From: Pseudomonadota bacterium
Lineage (GTDB): Bacteria; Desulfobacterota; Desulfobacteria; Desulfobacterales; RPRI01
DNA length: 64,000 nucleotides
Reading direction: 5' to 3'
NCBI GenBank assembly: GCA_043825875.1
Contig: JBDRRF010000049.1
Location: forward strand, 27,904 to 91,903
The notes below the pieces were generated by a model. That model was not told where the DNA came from and did not search any database. It worked only from the letters and a program-made list of their open reading frames with translations. The position numbers were made by a program, and so were the translations under genes. Shown here piece by piece: positions 1-11,034 of this stretch. Within the stretch, counting starts at the first letter, position 1. Each line of letters opens with the position of its first letter.

Positions 1-1220
1 TTCAGGGATTTTTTTCCGGATCTGAAATGGTCATTTTATCTTCAAATAAAACAAAGATCAGGCAGTTGGCAAGAAGGGGTAATAAAGGCGCTGCCCGTTT
101 TCTTAAATTAATCGAAAGACCTGATTGGTCTCTTGCAACAACAAGTACCGGCACAAATTTATTTGTTATCATCTCATCTGTTTTCACTGCTGTTTGGTTT
201 GATAATATATTTCAGAAAAACAGCGAATTATGGTCCATTATTATTATAACTCCATTTTTATTAATTTTGGGTGAAATTCTGCCCAGAACAATTTTTCAGC
301 AAAAAGCTGATGAATTGGCTTTAAAGATTGCACTTCCTTTTAAATATATTTCCCACATTATCTTACCTGTTACTTACGTTGTCTTTTATGCCAGCAAGCT
401 TTTTTATAGCTTAATTAAACAAGATGCCGCCGGACAAAATCTTTATATTTCGAAAAAAGAACTGGAGCTTGCTCTTTCTGTCGAGGGAGAAGAAAGCGAT
501 TTGGAAACTGGAGAAAAAAAACTTATACGAAGAGTCTTCCACTTTTTTGAATCAAATGTATCTGATGTTATGGTTCCTCTTGTAAATATTACTGCATTAT
601 CATCCAAGGCTAGTGTAGAAAAAGCAATAGATGCAATTAATAAAACCGGTTATTCAAGGCTTCCTGTTTATAAAAGCAGAATCGATAATCTGATAGGCAT
701 CATTCATCCTATTGATTTAATTCATGTTAACGATTACAATACTGTTATAGGCCCATTTGTTCGTGAAGTTCCTTATGTTCCTGAATCAATGAAAGCTCAT
801 GACCTTTTAACATTATTGCAGAAAACAAGAAACTCAATTGCTATAGTGCTTGATGAATATGGTGGAACTGTAGGTATAATTACTATAGAGGATGTACTCG
901 AAGAAGTTGTGGGTGAAATTAAGGATGAATATGATGATGATACAAAGCAATATATTAAAATTGGGTTAAATAAGTTTATTGTAAATGCCAGAATGGAAAT
1001 TGAACATGTAAATGAATTTATGAATTTAAATATTCCCAAAGAAGATTATGAAACTATAGGAGGTTTTTTGCTCAAACTTATGGGGCAAATTCCAAAACAT
1101 GGGGAAGCTATAATTCATGATAATATAAAATTTACTATCCGATCCTCAAGCAAAAAATCCATTCATTCTATTATTGTTGAAATAATTGATAAAATCAATA
1201 ATAGTCCGGAAAACTCATAG
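1..1220 (+). CDS. Hemolysin-family/CorB-like CNNM-CBS-CorC membrane protein (5' end outside window)
   Basis: The frame is open from the window edge (..FFSGSEM). It has a GEILPRT CNNM motif, a CBS pair ([31 protein letters not shown]) and a CorC-HlyC C-terminus (ETIGGF). Confidence 0.88.
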   Translation, partial: QGFFSGSEMVILSSNKTKIRQLARRGNKGAARFLKLIERPDWSLATTSTGTNLFVIISSVFTAVWFDNIFQKNSELWSIIIITPFLLILGEILPRTIFQQKADELALKIALPFKYISHIILPVTYVVFYASKLFYSLIKQDAAGQNLYISKKELELALSVEGEESDLETGEKKLIRRVFHFFESNVSDVMVPLVNITALSSKASVEKAIDAINKTGYSRLPVYKSRIDNLIGIIHPIDLIHVNDYNTVIGPFVREVPYVPESMKAHDLLTLLQKTRNSIAIVLDEYGGTVGIITIEDVLEEVVGEIKDEYDDDTKQYIKIGLNKFIVNARMEIEHVNEFMNLNIPKEDYETIGGFLLKLMGQIPKHGEAIIHDNIKFTIRSSSKKSIHSIIVEIIDKINNSPENS

Positions 1221-1243
1221 TAGGCATAAAATAACCATTATAA

Positions 1244-1813
1244 TCAGTTTTTATTTTTTACCCTTTCAACATATTGACCTGTACGGGTATCAATTCGTAT
1301 ATATTCCCCTTCATCAATAAAGGGAGGAACCTGAAGAACATATCCTGTTTCGAGTGTTGCGGGCTTGGTGCTTCCGGCTGCCGTATCACCTTTTGCCCAT
1401 GGGTCTGCTTTAATTATTTTAAGATTTAAAAAATTTGGAAGAGAAAGTTCGATTGCTTTTTCTCCAAAAAACAATACATTACATACTGTATTTTCTTTTA
1501 AGAGATTTATGGCATCGCCAATTTGTTCAGAACTAAGAAATTCCTGGGAATAAGTTGAAGTGTTCATGAAACAAAAACTACTGCCGTCAGAATATAAATA
1601 TTCCATTTCATGTTCTTCAAGCTGTGCTTCATGAAATTTTTCTCCGGATCTGTATGTGCGGTCAAATTGCGAACCATTAATCATATTTTTCAATTTGCAT
1701 TTGTAAAGAGCCTGCCCTTTTCCGGGCTTTACAAATTCAAATTGCACAATAACATACGGATCGCCATCTATTTCAATCTTAAGACCTTTTTTCAGATCAC
1801 TGCTATCATACAT
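1244..1813 (-). CDS. efp: Elongation factor P
   Basis: VKPGKGQA loop and KPATLETG..VPPFI..GE.IRIDTRTGQYVER C-terminus. Confidence 0.97.
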   Translation of the reverse strand: MYDSSDLKKGLKIEIDGDPYVIVQFEFVKPGKGQALYKCKLKNMINGSQFDRTYRSGEKFHEAQLEEHEMEYLYSDGSSFCFMNTSTYSQEFLSSEQIGDAINLLKENTVCNVLFFGEKAIELSLPNFLNLKIIKADPWAKGDTAAGSTKPATLETGYVLQVPPFIDEGEYIRIDTRTGQYVERVKNKN

Positions 1814-1899
1814 CTTATTTGCTTATCCTCCATTTTTTTGTTTATTTACAGTAAAGTTTAAATAACCGGCCTGTTATACAATGAAGCGATTAATAAAAT

Positions 1900-2673
1900 T
1901 TAACCAGGGTCATTTTTTAAATGTTTTTCAGCTTTTTTTGCCTCTTTTACAAAATGTTTTACTTTTGTTAGATCTTTTTTAAATCTAACAGGTTTACCGT
2001 AAATATCACAAGCATTTGTTTGTGTGCAACTGTCAACACCAGCAGGTTTTACATTAATTATTCCATCAAAGACATTATCAGGTGAAAGTCCACCTGCCAG
2101 TATCACAGGAATAGTAACCGAATCAACAAGAATTCTTGCTTCTTCCCAATTACAAGTCAGGCCGGTAATTCCTACAAATCCGTTTACTGGCTGTGCATCA
2201 GAAGCTGAATTTGAATCATTTATTATAATTGTATCAGTTAAAAAAAAATCGCTGACATGTTCAAATTTTTTTGCAAAAAAAACAGGAGAAATGAATTTGA
2301 CAACTCCGGGTGGAGAAATGGGGATTGAGCGCATTATTTTAATTTCAGGAAATTTTATTTTTATAGTTTCCTGTAAGTTTATAAGCATATTTAAAAAACT
2401 ATCGTCCTTTAAATATTTTGTTAAGTCTTCGCAAAAATGTATGATATCGGGTTTGTAATAATCTAAAGCCTGCGAGATAGAATATAAGTCTGAAAAAAGT
2501 GGAATCAAAGAACTCATAGAAGTCGATTTTTTAACAATATCAATTGTATCTTTTATCAATGGTTGTTTTAATGATTTTTCAGAAGTTATTACACTGCCAA
2601 TATTATCAACACCTGCTTCAATTAGTGCTTCGGCTTCATAAGGTGTCTGAATTTCATATATCTGAATGATCAT
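1900..2673 (-). CDS. Phosphoribosylanthranilate isomerase (TrpF)-like TIM-barrel protein
   Basis: FLTDT...GITGLTCNW, PVILAGGLSPDNV and PAGVDSCT motifs. Confidence 0.7.
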   Translation of the reverse strand: MIIQIYEIQTPYEAEALIEAGVDNIGSVITSEKSLKQPLIKDTIDIVKKSTSMSSLIPLFSDLYSISQALDYYKPDIIHFCEDLTKYLKDDSFLNMLINLQETIKIKFPEIKIMRSIPISPPGVVKFISPVFFAKKFEHVSDFFLTDTIIINDSNSASDAQPVNGFVGITGLTCNWEEARILVDSVTIPVILAGGLSPDNVFDGIINVKPAGVDSCTQTNACDIYGKPVRFKKDLTKVKHFVKEAKKAEKHLKNDPG

Positions 2674-2742
2674 TTATGGATTCTTTCGTAAGAATTTTTA
2701 ACCATTTTATATCCCAGCTGGTATTTTGTTTTCAAAATAGAG

Positions 2743-2772
2743 TTGACAATTTTACCGTCTCTAACATATTCT
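2743..2772 (+). promoter_or_regulatory. Putative sigma70 promoter of guaA
   Basis: TTGACA-18 nt-TATTCT, about 85 nt upstream of the guaA start. Confidence 0.45.
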
Positions 2773-2856
2773 CTTTTTCTAAGCAAATTGTTATTAAAAA
2801 CAAGGTGATTAAGCAATTAACAGACAAACCGGATTCTACATAAAAGGCATAACACT

Positions 2857-4386
2857 ATGATACTGATAATTGATTTCGGATCTCAATATAACCAGCTGAT
2901 AGCCCGCAGAGTCAGGGAAAGTCGAATATACTGCCGAATTGAACCGCCTGATATCAATGTTTCATATATAAAAGACTTAAAACCCGAAGGTATAATTTTA
3001 TCCGGAGGCCCATCCAGTATATATGAAAAAAACAGCCCTAAAATAAATAAAGAAATATTTGATCTTGGAATTCCGATCCTGGGTATTTGTTATGGCATGC
3101 AATTTATGATTTATTCCCTTGGCGGAACTGTTGAAAGAGCTAAAAAAAGAGAATATGGTTTTGCCAAACTATATATAAAAAACCAGAAAAGCATATTAAA
3201 AGATATAGAACAAAATACATGGTGCTGGATGAGCCATGGGGATTCAATTAAAAAGTTACCTAAAGATTTTATAGTTACTGCCTCAACAGATAATACTGAA
3301 ATAGCAGCAGTTTCGAATGAAAATAAAAAACTTTACGGCCTCCAGTTTCACCCCGAAGTAGAACATACTCCTTTGGGCAAAAAAATGCTTAAAAATTTTC
3401 TCATAGATATATGCGGATGTAAACGTTCCTGGACCATGCAATCATTTGCCAAATCAGCAATTTCCGAAATAAGAGAGACTGTTAAAGATAACAAGATAAT
3501 ACTTGGATTAAGCGGAGGTGTTGATTCCTCGGTAACGGCAATGCTTATTCATAAAGCCATTGGGAAAAATTTAACATGTATTTTTGTTGATAACGGGTTG
3601 CTTAGAAAAAACGAAGCCGAAAAGCTGAAAATCACTTTATTGCAAAATCTTGATATCAATATCAAATTTGTCAATGCTTCAAACAAATTTTTAAAAGCGC
3701 TTTTTAAAGTTACAGATCCTGAAAAAAAACGCAAGATCATCGGTAAAGTTTTTATGGATGTTTTTGAAGCAGAAGCAAAAAAAATAAAGGATGCAAAATA
3801 TTTAGCACAGGGGACCCTTTATCCTGATGTTATTGAATCCAGGTCTGCTTTTGGAGGCCCAACTGCAGTAATCAAATCTCATCATAATGTAGGGGGCCTT
3901 CCTAAAAATATGAAGCTTAAGCTTGTTGAACCTTTAAAATATTTATTTAAAGATGAAGTACGTAAACTGGGAAAAACAATTGGTTTGCATCAGGATCTGA
4001 TATGGAGGCAACCATTTCCCGGCCCTGGTCTTTCCATAAGAATAATCGGGGAAATAACAAAGCTAAGACTTACAATTTTAAGGGAAGTAGATGATGTTTT
4101 GATATCCGAGATTAAAGATGCCGGTTTGTACAAAAAACTTTGGCAGTCTTTTGCAATTTTACTTCCTTTAAAAAGTGTAGGAATCATGGGTGATCAGAGA
4201 ACATATGAAAATATTATAGCTATAAGAGCCGTAACAAGCAAGGATGCCATGACAGCAGACTGGGCAAAAATCCCTTATTCACTTTTAGGTAAAATTTCTA
4301 ACAGGATAATTAATGAAGTTGCAGGTGTAAACAGAGTTGTATATGATATTAGTTCAAAACCTCCAGCAACCATTGAATGGGAATAA
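2857..4386 (+). CDS. guaA: GMP synthase (glutamine-hydrolysing)
   Basis: [30 protein letters not shown] and [10 protein letters not shown] motifs. Confidence 0.98.
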   Translation: MILIIDFGSQYNQLIARRVRESRIYCRIEPPDINVSYIKDLKPEGIILSGGPSSIYEKNSPKINKEIFDLGIPILGICYGMQFMIYSLGGTVERAKKREYGFAKLYIKNQKSILKDIEQNTWCWMSHGDSIKKLPKDFIVTASTDNTEIAAVSNENKKLYGLQFHPEVEHTPLGKKMLKNFLIDICGCKRSWTMQSFAKSAISEIRETVKDNKIILGLSGGVDSSVTAMLIHKAIGKNLTCIFVDNGLLRKNEAEKLKITLLQNLDINIKFVNASNKFLKALFKVTDPEKKRKIIGKVFMDVFEAEAKKIKDAKYLAQGTLYPDVIESRSAFGGPTAVIKSHHNVGGLPKNMKLKLVEPLKYLFKDEVRKLGKTIGLHQDLIWRQPFPGPGLSIRIIGEITKLRLTILREVDDVLISEIKDAGLYKKLWQSFAILLPLKSVGIMGDQRTYENIIAIRAVTSKDAMTADWAKIPYSLLGKISNRIINEVAGVNRVVYDISSKPPATIEWE

Positions 4387-4392
4387 TTATAT

Positions 4393-5301
4393 ATGGAAGA
4401 AGAAAACGATCCTGAATTCAAAATTAATTTCGATGGCTTACGTCCTGATTCTATTATCTCTGAAGATAAACAGGAAGGCAAAAGTGATATTCATATTAAA
4501 AGATTGAACCAAAAAATTACTGTTATTCTTATACTGTTTCCTGTTGTGACGGCTTTGATGATTATGTTTATTTATTTTAACATAAACAAAAAAATCGTTG
4601 GCGTTCATAATTCAGGATCTATGGAAGTTAAAAATCTGTCAAAAACCATTGACAGCAAAACGGCTGAATTTTCCGCACTATATTCCAAACTTGAAGAATC
4701 ACTTGAAAAGAAAATATCTGCTGTCAACAATATGGAGCGTTCACTTAAAAAAGAACTGGATAAAACTGTAAATCGAATAAAAAAAGAAACAACAAAATCA
4801 GTAGATGAGATAAAAAAAGAAGCCAAGAATAATGAATCAAAATTAACCAATTCTATTACACAGATAAGCCAACAAATAAATACGGCACAAAAAGACATAG
4901 CTGTAGTTACGAGTAAAATAAAAAACACGGATAATGATTTATCCTTAAAGATATCAAGTATAAATCAAAAATTAAATACAATAGAAAATGATTTTGCAAA
5001 ATTTCGCACATCAATAAGTGCGGCTGTTTCTGAAAAAATAAACTCAAAAGCAGATAAAGAAGAAATTGAACTGGCAATAATAAAAGAGCAAAAACGTTTT
5101 CAGTACGAATTAAGCGAGTTGGAAAAAAATATTGAACAAAAAATAAATACCATAAAAAGACAGCTCTACGATCTGGAGCATAAACCCATTAAAACAAATC
5201 CTTCGCAAAATTTACCTTTAAAATCTGAGAATTCGTATAGTAAACCAACTATAAAAAAAACAACTCCGGAATCCGGTAAAATCATCGAACAGGATCTATA
5301 A
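4393..5301 (+). CDS. Hypothetical single-TM coiled-coil protein
   Basis: 302 aa ORF 6 nt after guaA. It has one hydrophobic helix followed by a long K/E-rich heptad region. Confidence 0.7.
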   Translation: MEEENDPEFKINFDGLRPDSIISEDKQEGKSDIHIKRLNQKITVILILFPVVTALMIMFIYFNINKKIVGVHNSGSMEVKNLSKTIDSKTAEFSALYSKLEESLEKKISAVNNMERSLKKELDKTVNRIKKETTKSVDEIKKEAKNNESKLTNSITQISQQINTAQKDIAVVTSKIKNTDNDLSLKISSINQKLNTIENDFAKFRTSISAAVSEKINSKADKEEIELAIIKEQKRFQYELSELEKNIEQKINTIKRQLYDLEHKPIKTNPSQNLPLKSENSYSKPTIKKTTPESGKIIEQDL

Positions 5302-5313
5302 ATATTTTTCAAC

Positions 5314-6066
5314 ATGAATGAAAAATCTTTAATAAAAATTCTTTCAAGTGTTTCCAATGGTAAAACTTCTGTTGAAAATGCTTTAAAAGAGCTTGCCCAT
5401 TTTAATCTGGAAGATATAGGATATGCCCATATAGACCATAACAGGTCGCTTCGCAAAGGGTTTCCGGAAGTAATATTCGGTGAGGGGAAAACTGCCAATC
5501 AAATTACCGGCATTATGGAAAAAATGGCATTACAGGAAGAAAATATCTTGGTAACACGCATTACTCAAGATAAAGCTGACGCGGTACTTTCAAGATTTAC
5601 CGAAGCTGTTTATCATGAAGATGCAAAAATGATTGTCTGGAAGAAACAAAATAAAATAGATAATAACGGACGCGGAAAAATACTTGTGATTTCTGCCGGA
5701 ACATCAGATATTCCTGTTGCTAAAGAAGCGTATATTACTGCTCAAACAATGGGAAATGAAGTAGAGTCGGTTTTTGATGTAGGAGTTGCTGGCATTCACA
5801 GGCTATTTGATCACAGCAAGATGATTCATGAAGCTTCTGTTTTGATCGTTGTTGCAGGAATGGAGGGAGCGCTTCCCAGTGTTGTTGCCGGACTGGTAAG
5901 CCGCCCCGTAATAGCCGTTCCAACAAGTGTGGGCTATGGGGTCAGTATGGGTGGTCTTACAGCACTTTTTGCCATGCTTAACAGCTGTAGCTCAAATATA
6001 GCTGTAGTAAATATAGACAATGGTTTTGGAGCAGGTTATATGGCTTCAATTATTAACAGGAATTAG
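5314..6066 (+). CDS. larB: Nickel-pincer cofactor biosynthesis protein LarB (PurE/NCAIR-mutase-like)
   Basis: GFPEVIFGEGKT, SAGTSDIPVA, DVGVAGIHRL, AGMEGALPSV, PTSVGYG and VVNIDNGFGAG motifs. Confidence 0.9.
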   Translation: MNEKSLIKILSSVSNGKTSVENALKELAHFNLEDIGYAHIDHNRSLRKGFPEVIFGEGKTANQITGIMEKMALQEENILVTRITQDKADAVLSRFTEAVYHEDAKMIVWKKQNKIDNNGRGKILVISAGTSDIPVAKEAYITAQTMGNEVESVFDVGVAGIHRLFDHSKMIHEASVLIVVAGMEGALPSVVAGLVSRPVIAVPTSVGYGVSMGGLTALFAMLNSCSSNIAVVNIDNGFGAGYMASIINRN

Positions 6067-6092
6067 GTGCCACAAATGAGATTTTGCTAAAA

Positions 6093-7292
6093 TTAATCGG
6101 ACAAATTAGCTTGTAATAACTTTAATGCCAAAGCAGTTTTTATATCAACAATACTCTGAAGCCACTGTGTGCCCAAATCGCTTTCTTCATCTGTTAAATT
6201 TTTTATTACCAATAGATATTCTTTCCCATATTTCTTAATTGCAGAATCTACTATATTAAGAAAACTGTTTTTAATATTAATCATGTCAGAAGAAATATCT
6301 TCTTCAGTTGTAAAACATCTTTTTATTTCAGGCCATATCAGGCTGGTTTCTTTTTTATTATCAGTCTTGTCGATTAATTCTTTTAATCTTTTTATTCTTT
6401 CTAAGATAGCAAGGTTCAATTTTTCTTTAAGGCCTGTTAAAAGTGTTTCCGGAAAATCTGAAGAAACGAATTGTGATCTTACATTATTATACCATGACAT
6501 AAGCGCTGTAAGATTTGCAATGTAAAATATATTATTAGATACTATTCTTGGGATATTGCCGCTTATGCCCGGGTAAAAAGGTATGTTATTATTTTTCCCT
6601 GATCCGCCAATTATGAAACGACCAGAGCGAAGTTCATCTTTTCTGCAAATTGTGCCGGCAGCGATTATCGTTCCGTAACTCAGCCTGCATGGCCCTACAA
6701 TGCCCCCCTGCCCTCCTAAAAAAATCGGTCTTTGTTTCAGCATCACCCCTTTTGGCACATCTCCGATCAGAGAGGGTGTGGCTTTATCCTGATTAGGAGT
6801 ATAGTTAAAATGGATATAAGAACTTCCTACTTCGCTATGATCTTTGCGACTTGTGCCTCCGGACATAAAGCAGTCACAAAAATTAATAAGACTGCCAAGA
6901 GTCACATATGGGAAAAGTATCGTGTGCTTTAAGCCTACCGTATGGGCAATACTTGCTTCTTCTTCTATGATAGTTCCTTCTCTTACATGGGAACCGTAAC
7001 CTAAAACAGATCCTTTTAGAAAAACGGAATCTTTAAAAAAACCGCCTTTTAGATTAACACCAGAAGCAACTTGGCAACTTTCCAATGTAACAGGGCCTTC
7101 ATATCCGATTTTTACACCATCAAGAATTAGTGTCGAAGAGCCATATATTTTGCATCCCGGATATATTATTACATCATTTCCGGAAATCCTGTCTATTTCA
7201 ACCTCATCACCTATAGATACATTATAAGGATCGGGGAAAACGACTCCTTTGTTTATCAGCTGCTCGATTTTTTTTGCTATGCTTCTATTCAT
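6093..7292 (-). CDS. GlmU-like left-handed beta-helix (hexapeptide) acyltransferase-type protein
   Basis: LINKGVVFPDP and hexapeptide repeats resemble the GlmU C-terminal domain; no N-terminal uridyltransferase motif is visible. Confidence 0.65.
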   Translation of the reverse strand: MNRSIAKKIEQLINKGVVFPDPYNVSIGDEVEIDRISGNDVIIYPGCKIYGSSTLILDGVKIGYEGPVTLESCQVASGVNLKGGFFKDSVFLKGSVLGYGSHVREGTIIEEEASIAHTVGLKHTILFPYVTLGSLINFCDCFMSGGTSRKDHSEVGSSYIHFNYTPNQDKATPSLIGDVPKGVMLKQRPIFLGGQGGIVGPCRLSYGTIIAAGTICRKDELRSGRFIIGGSGKNNNIPFYPGISGNIPRIVSNNIFYIANLTALMSWYNNVRSQFVSSDFPETLLTGLKEKLNLAILERIKRLKELIDKTDNKKETSLIWPEIKRCFTTEEDISSDMINIKNSFLNIVDSAIKKYGKEYLLVIKNLTDEESDLGTQWLQSIVDIKTALALKLLQANLSD

Positions 7293-7304
7293 TATTTTTA
7301 GTAT

Positions 7305-9203
7305 TTAATTTATATTTGAAGGAATATATTCCGGTACAATTATTTTTAGAGTTTTTTTAATATTTTCATAATCCTGTTCTTCTGAAAGCCTGGATAATTT
7401 TTCTATATTTCCATTTAGCATATTAATATTACAATCTACTCCTTTTAATGCCATTATTTTTTTGTGGCTTGTCGGAATTACGTTTTCACCCTCTGTAATA
7501 AGTTCTTCATAGAGTTTTTCTCCAGGCCTTAAACCTACATATTCAATTTTAATATCTTCATCCGGCACAAAGCCTGAAAGTTTTATAAGATCTCTTGCCA
7601 TATTGTCTATTTTAATCGGAGTTCCCATATCAAGCAAAAAAATCTCACCTCCATTTCCCATTGCGCCTGCCTGAAGAATCAGCTGACATGCTTCAGGAAT
7701 AGTCATAAAATACCTTGTCACATCCTGATGTGTAACCGTAACCGGCCCGCCCCTTTCAATTTGTTTTTTAAACAATGGGATCACACTGCCCACACTTCCA
7801 ATAACATTGCCAAAACGTACAGTTATAAACTGAGTTGGAAAGAGCTTGTCCCCGTTTTGGCTTTGTATGAGCATTTCAGCAACGCGTTTTGAAGCGCCCA
7901 TAACATTTGACGGACGTACTGCTTTATCTGTTGAGACAAAGACAAAACGTTGTACATGATGCTTCCTTGAAACATCAATCAGATTAAACGTTCCCTGAAC
8001 ATTGTTTTCGATTGCTTTCCATGGCTGCAATTCCAGCATTGGTACATGTTTATAAGCTGCAGCATGAAAAACTACTTCAGGGTGATATTTTACAAACGTT
8101 TTTTCAAGATGAATAGTGTCCCTAACATCTGCAAGAAGTGTAATACATTTTATGTCAGGAAACTTATGCTTAATATCAAGTTCTATTTCATACAAAGGGC
8201 TTTCAGCTCTTTCATAAAGAATAATGCTATCCGGTTTAAACCTGCATATCTGCCTGCAAAGTTCAGAACCAATAGATCCGCCTGCGCCTGTAACAATAAC
8301 TTTTTTCCCTTTTAAATATTCACCGATTTTATCAGTATCCAATTGAATTATATCACGCCCAAGAAGGTCGCAGTAAGACACTTCACGAATTGTATTTACA
8401 GTGACCCTGCCATCAATTAACTCACTATAGCCGGGAATGGTCTTAAATTTTATGTTATTGTTGTTACATATATCTACTATCTTTCGAATTTGTTTTGAGT
8501 TTGCAGAAGGAATAGCAATTAGCGCCTCATCAGCTTTGGCTTTTATAAATATCTTTCCGATTTTTTGAATAGTACCAAGAACAGGAAGACTGTGTATTTT
8601 TTTACCCATTTTTTTAGGGTCATCATCTAAAAAACCTACCACTTTTTGGTTTAATTTATAATTATTATTAATTTCCTTACAGATTTTCTCACCGCAATCT
8701 CCTGCCCCGATAATAAGTATTCTTTTCTTTTTCAGTATACTTCTGTTAAAAGGGTTGAATAAATTATATATGGTTGTAAAACATGAATTATCAAAACTTA
8801 ATTGTTCGTAATACAGTCGTATTGCCAAACGATATCCGGTAATCAGGAAAACAGTAAAACACCAATCAATAATAAAAACCGACCTGGAAAAACCTTCAAA
8901 TCTTGTTCTAAAGAGAATAAGAGTAACTATTACAAGGCTGCTTATAGTTGAAGCTTTTATTATATTAAGAAGATCTTTAATGCCTGTGTATCGCCACATA
9001 CCACGATAGAGACCAAAAGCATAGAATAAGAGTATTTTTGTAAGGATTACAGCCGAAAGAATTGCATAGAAAGAAGTAATATAATTTGGAGGAATAGAAA
9101 ATTCAAAGCGAATAAGATGTGCGCCATAAAATGAAGCAGTTATCAGAATAATATCAATTGCAATAATTATAAAAAAATTGATATAAAGATGCCTGAATTT
9201 CAT
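7305..9203 (-). CDS. Nucleoside-diphosphate sugar dehydratase, PglF/CapD/WbpM family
   Basis: N-terminal TM helices, then TGAGGSIGSEL, HAAAYKHVP, STDKAV, RFGNV and GLRPGEKLYEEL. Confidence 0.93.
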   Translation of the reverse strand: MKFRHLYINFFIIIAIDIILITASFYGAHLIRFEFSIPPNYITSFYAILSAVILTKILLFYAFGLYRGMWRYTGIKDLLNIIKASTISSLVIVTLILFRTRFEGFSRSVFIIDWCFTVFLITGYRLAIRLYYEQLSFDNSCFTTIYNLFNPFNRSILKKKRILIIGAGDCGEKICKEINNNYKLNQKVVGFLDDDPKKMGKKIHSLPVLGTIQKIGKIFIKAKADEALIAIPSANSKQIRKIVDICNNNNIKFKTIPGYSELIDGRVTVNTIREVSYCDLLGRDIIQLDTDKIGEYLKGKKVIVTGAGGSIGSELCRQICRFKPDSIILYERAESPLYEIELDIKHKFPDIKCITLLADVRDTIHLEKTFVKYHPEVVFHAAAYKHVPMLELQPWKAIENNVQGTFNLIDVSRKHHVQRFVFVSTDKAVRPSNVMGASKRVAEMLIQSQNGDKLFPTQFITVRFGNVIGSVGSVIPLFKKQIERGGPVTVTHQDVTRYFMTIPEACQLILQAGAMGNGGEIFLLDMGTPIKIDNMARDLIKLSGFVPDEDIKIEYVGLRPGEKLYEELITEGENVIPTSHKKIMALKGVDCNINMLNGNIEKLSRLSEEQDYENIKKTLKIIVPEYIPSNIN

Positions 9204-9970
9204 TATACATTCCCTCTAATTTTCAACCAAAATAGTCCAAGATACTCATGAACAGCAAGTTCCATTTTTTTAATTTCAGTTGAATCCGGAAAATACATAA
9301 AAGGATTTATCCTCTCTGCTTTTTTAACAAGGTGGCCAACAGGTGCAGGTATCGGATTCATTCCCGCTTTCTGAAAAATAGCCATAGAACGTTGCATATG
9401 AAAAGCTGAGGTAACTAAAATAAATTTATCATCCCCAACTATTTTTTTTATAAATAAAGCCTGACTTTCAGTATCCAAGCTTTCCGATTCCAAAATTATC
9501 TTATTATTATCTACACCAAGATCAAGAGCCGCATTAGCCATAACTTTCGATTCCGGAACAGAATCGAAAGCACCTCCTCCTGAAAATATTATTTTGCTTT
9601 TTGGCATTTTATTGTAAATTGAAATTCCTTCAACGAGCCTGAATAAAGACTGAGGGGACAAGCTGCTGATTACCGGCAGCATGGAATCTGCCAAATATCC
9701 TCCACCAAGAACAACTATCCACCTTATCTCAGATATAGAATTCGTATTTAAAAGAGGTTTATATTTGCGTTCTAAATTACCCAATATTTTATCAGGTAGC
9801 AAATTAAAACTCATAAATATAAGAGACATAACCCCAACTATAATAATAATTTTGCCAATTTTTTCTTTTTTTTTAAAGGAAAGTAACAATAAACCCAAAA
9901 CGAGAAAAGAGATGCATACAGTCAAAGGAGAGAGCAATAATCCTGCAATTTTTTTAAATAAAAACATCAT
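9203..9970 (-). CDS. elyC: Envelope biogenesis factor ElyC (YdcF/DUF218 family)
   Basis: Two N-terminal TM segments, IVVLGGG, LVTSAFHMQRS and HEYLG. Confidence 0.8.
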   Translation of the reverse strand: MMFLFKKIAGLLLSPLTVCISFLVLGLLLLSFKKKEKIGKIIIIVGVMSLIFMSFNLLPDKILGNLERKYKPLLNTNSISEIRWIVVLGGGYLADSMLPVISSLSPQSLFRLVEGISIYNKMPKSKIIFSGGGAFDSVPESKVMANAALDLGVDNNKIILESESLDTESQALFIKKIVGDDKFILVTSAFHMQRSMAIFQKAGMNPIPAPVGHLVKKAERINPFMYFPDSTEIKKMELAVHEYLGLFWLKIRGNV

Positions 9971-9982
9971 TTATTAACCTGC

Positions 9983-10125
9983 GAGCCACTTTCAAAACGT
10001 TTCAGTTTGGTCAAGCTCAAGGCGGGAGAAAATTTCAACCGCAGGAATACATTAAGTATTTCGAGGATTGAAATTTGAGCCCAACGCTTAAGATCGGCCG
10101 AAATGGGGCATTTTGAAACTGGCCC
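9983..10125 (+). mobile_element. MITE copy 1 (143 bp)
   Basis: TIRs GAGCCACTTTCAAAACG / CATTTTGAAACTGGCCC, flanked by the 4 bp direct repeat CTGC. Confidence 0.92.
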
Positions 10126-10423
10126 CTGCTATTGCATTTAAAAGATCGATAGTCATTTGCCATAAGTCATTAACACAATATATAGTTAGCATTATACATT
10201 ATGTTTTATACTCCATCAACTATCTTCTTGTTGTATCTAAACCCGATAAGCCTATGTTAATTCTTGACTTAGACAGATTGTTGTTATATTCGTTACCAAT
10301 AATTATTCCTATCACAGCTTAAGTTTTATCTCTTCTGAAATAAAACTTAATGAATTAAATTTTATATATATTAATAAACATTGAGTGATAGAATCATTTG
10401 TCCGTTAAATAGGGAGAACTTTT

Positions 10424-10885
10424 ATGTTAATAGTAAAAGACATAATGAAAACCAACGTAATAACAGTTATACCCGAAACTGAAATTGTACAAGCTACAAA
10501 ACTTCTTCTTGAAAACCATATAAATGGAGTTCCTGTTATAGATTTGAGTGGAAAACTTGTAGGTATTTTATGCCAAAGTGATATAATTTCGCAACAAAAA
10601 AAATTCCCTATTCCAACTTTATTTACATTCCTTGATGGTTTTATACCACTTACTTCAATGAAACACATAGAAAAAGAAGTACAAAAAATTGCAGCTATAA
10701 CTGTTGGAGATGCTATGACTGTTAATCCGGTAACAGTAAAACCCGACACAAGTATCGAGGTTGTTGCAGCACTCATGGTTGATAATAATTTTCATACGCT
10801 TCCGGTTGTAGATGATGGTAAACTTATAGGAATAGTTGGAAAGGAAGATGTTTTAAGAACTCTTATTCCGAAAAACGGAACATGA
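10424..10885 (+). CDS. CBS-domain pair protein
   Basis: VKDIM..NVITV, GVPVID..GKLVGIL, LPVVDDGKLIGIV; GGAG RBS upstream. Confidence 0.9.
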   Translation: MLIVKDIMKTNVITVIPETEIVQATKLLLENHINGVPVIDLSGKLVGILCQSDIISQQKKFPIPTLFTFLDGFIPLTSMKHIEKEVQKIAAITVGDAMTVNPVTVKPDTSIEVVAALMVDNNFHTLPVVDDGKLIGIVGKEDVLRTLIPKNGT

Positions 10886-11034
10886 AAAGTACTATATAAT
10901 ATGTTAAATTTCAAAACACTAAAATCATATGAACCCAGCATTGTATCTGATCTAAACCATCTGTATTTGTTTAGCCCACTTCATTAATTTCATATATACA
11001 CAAAAGGTTTTTTAAGATCTGTTAGGATTAATAA

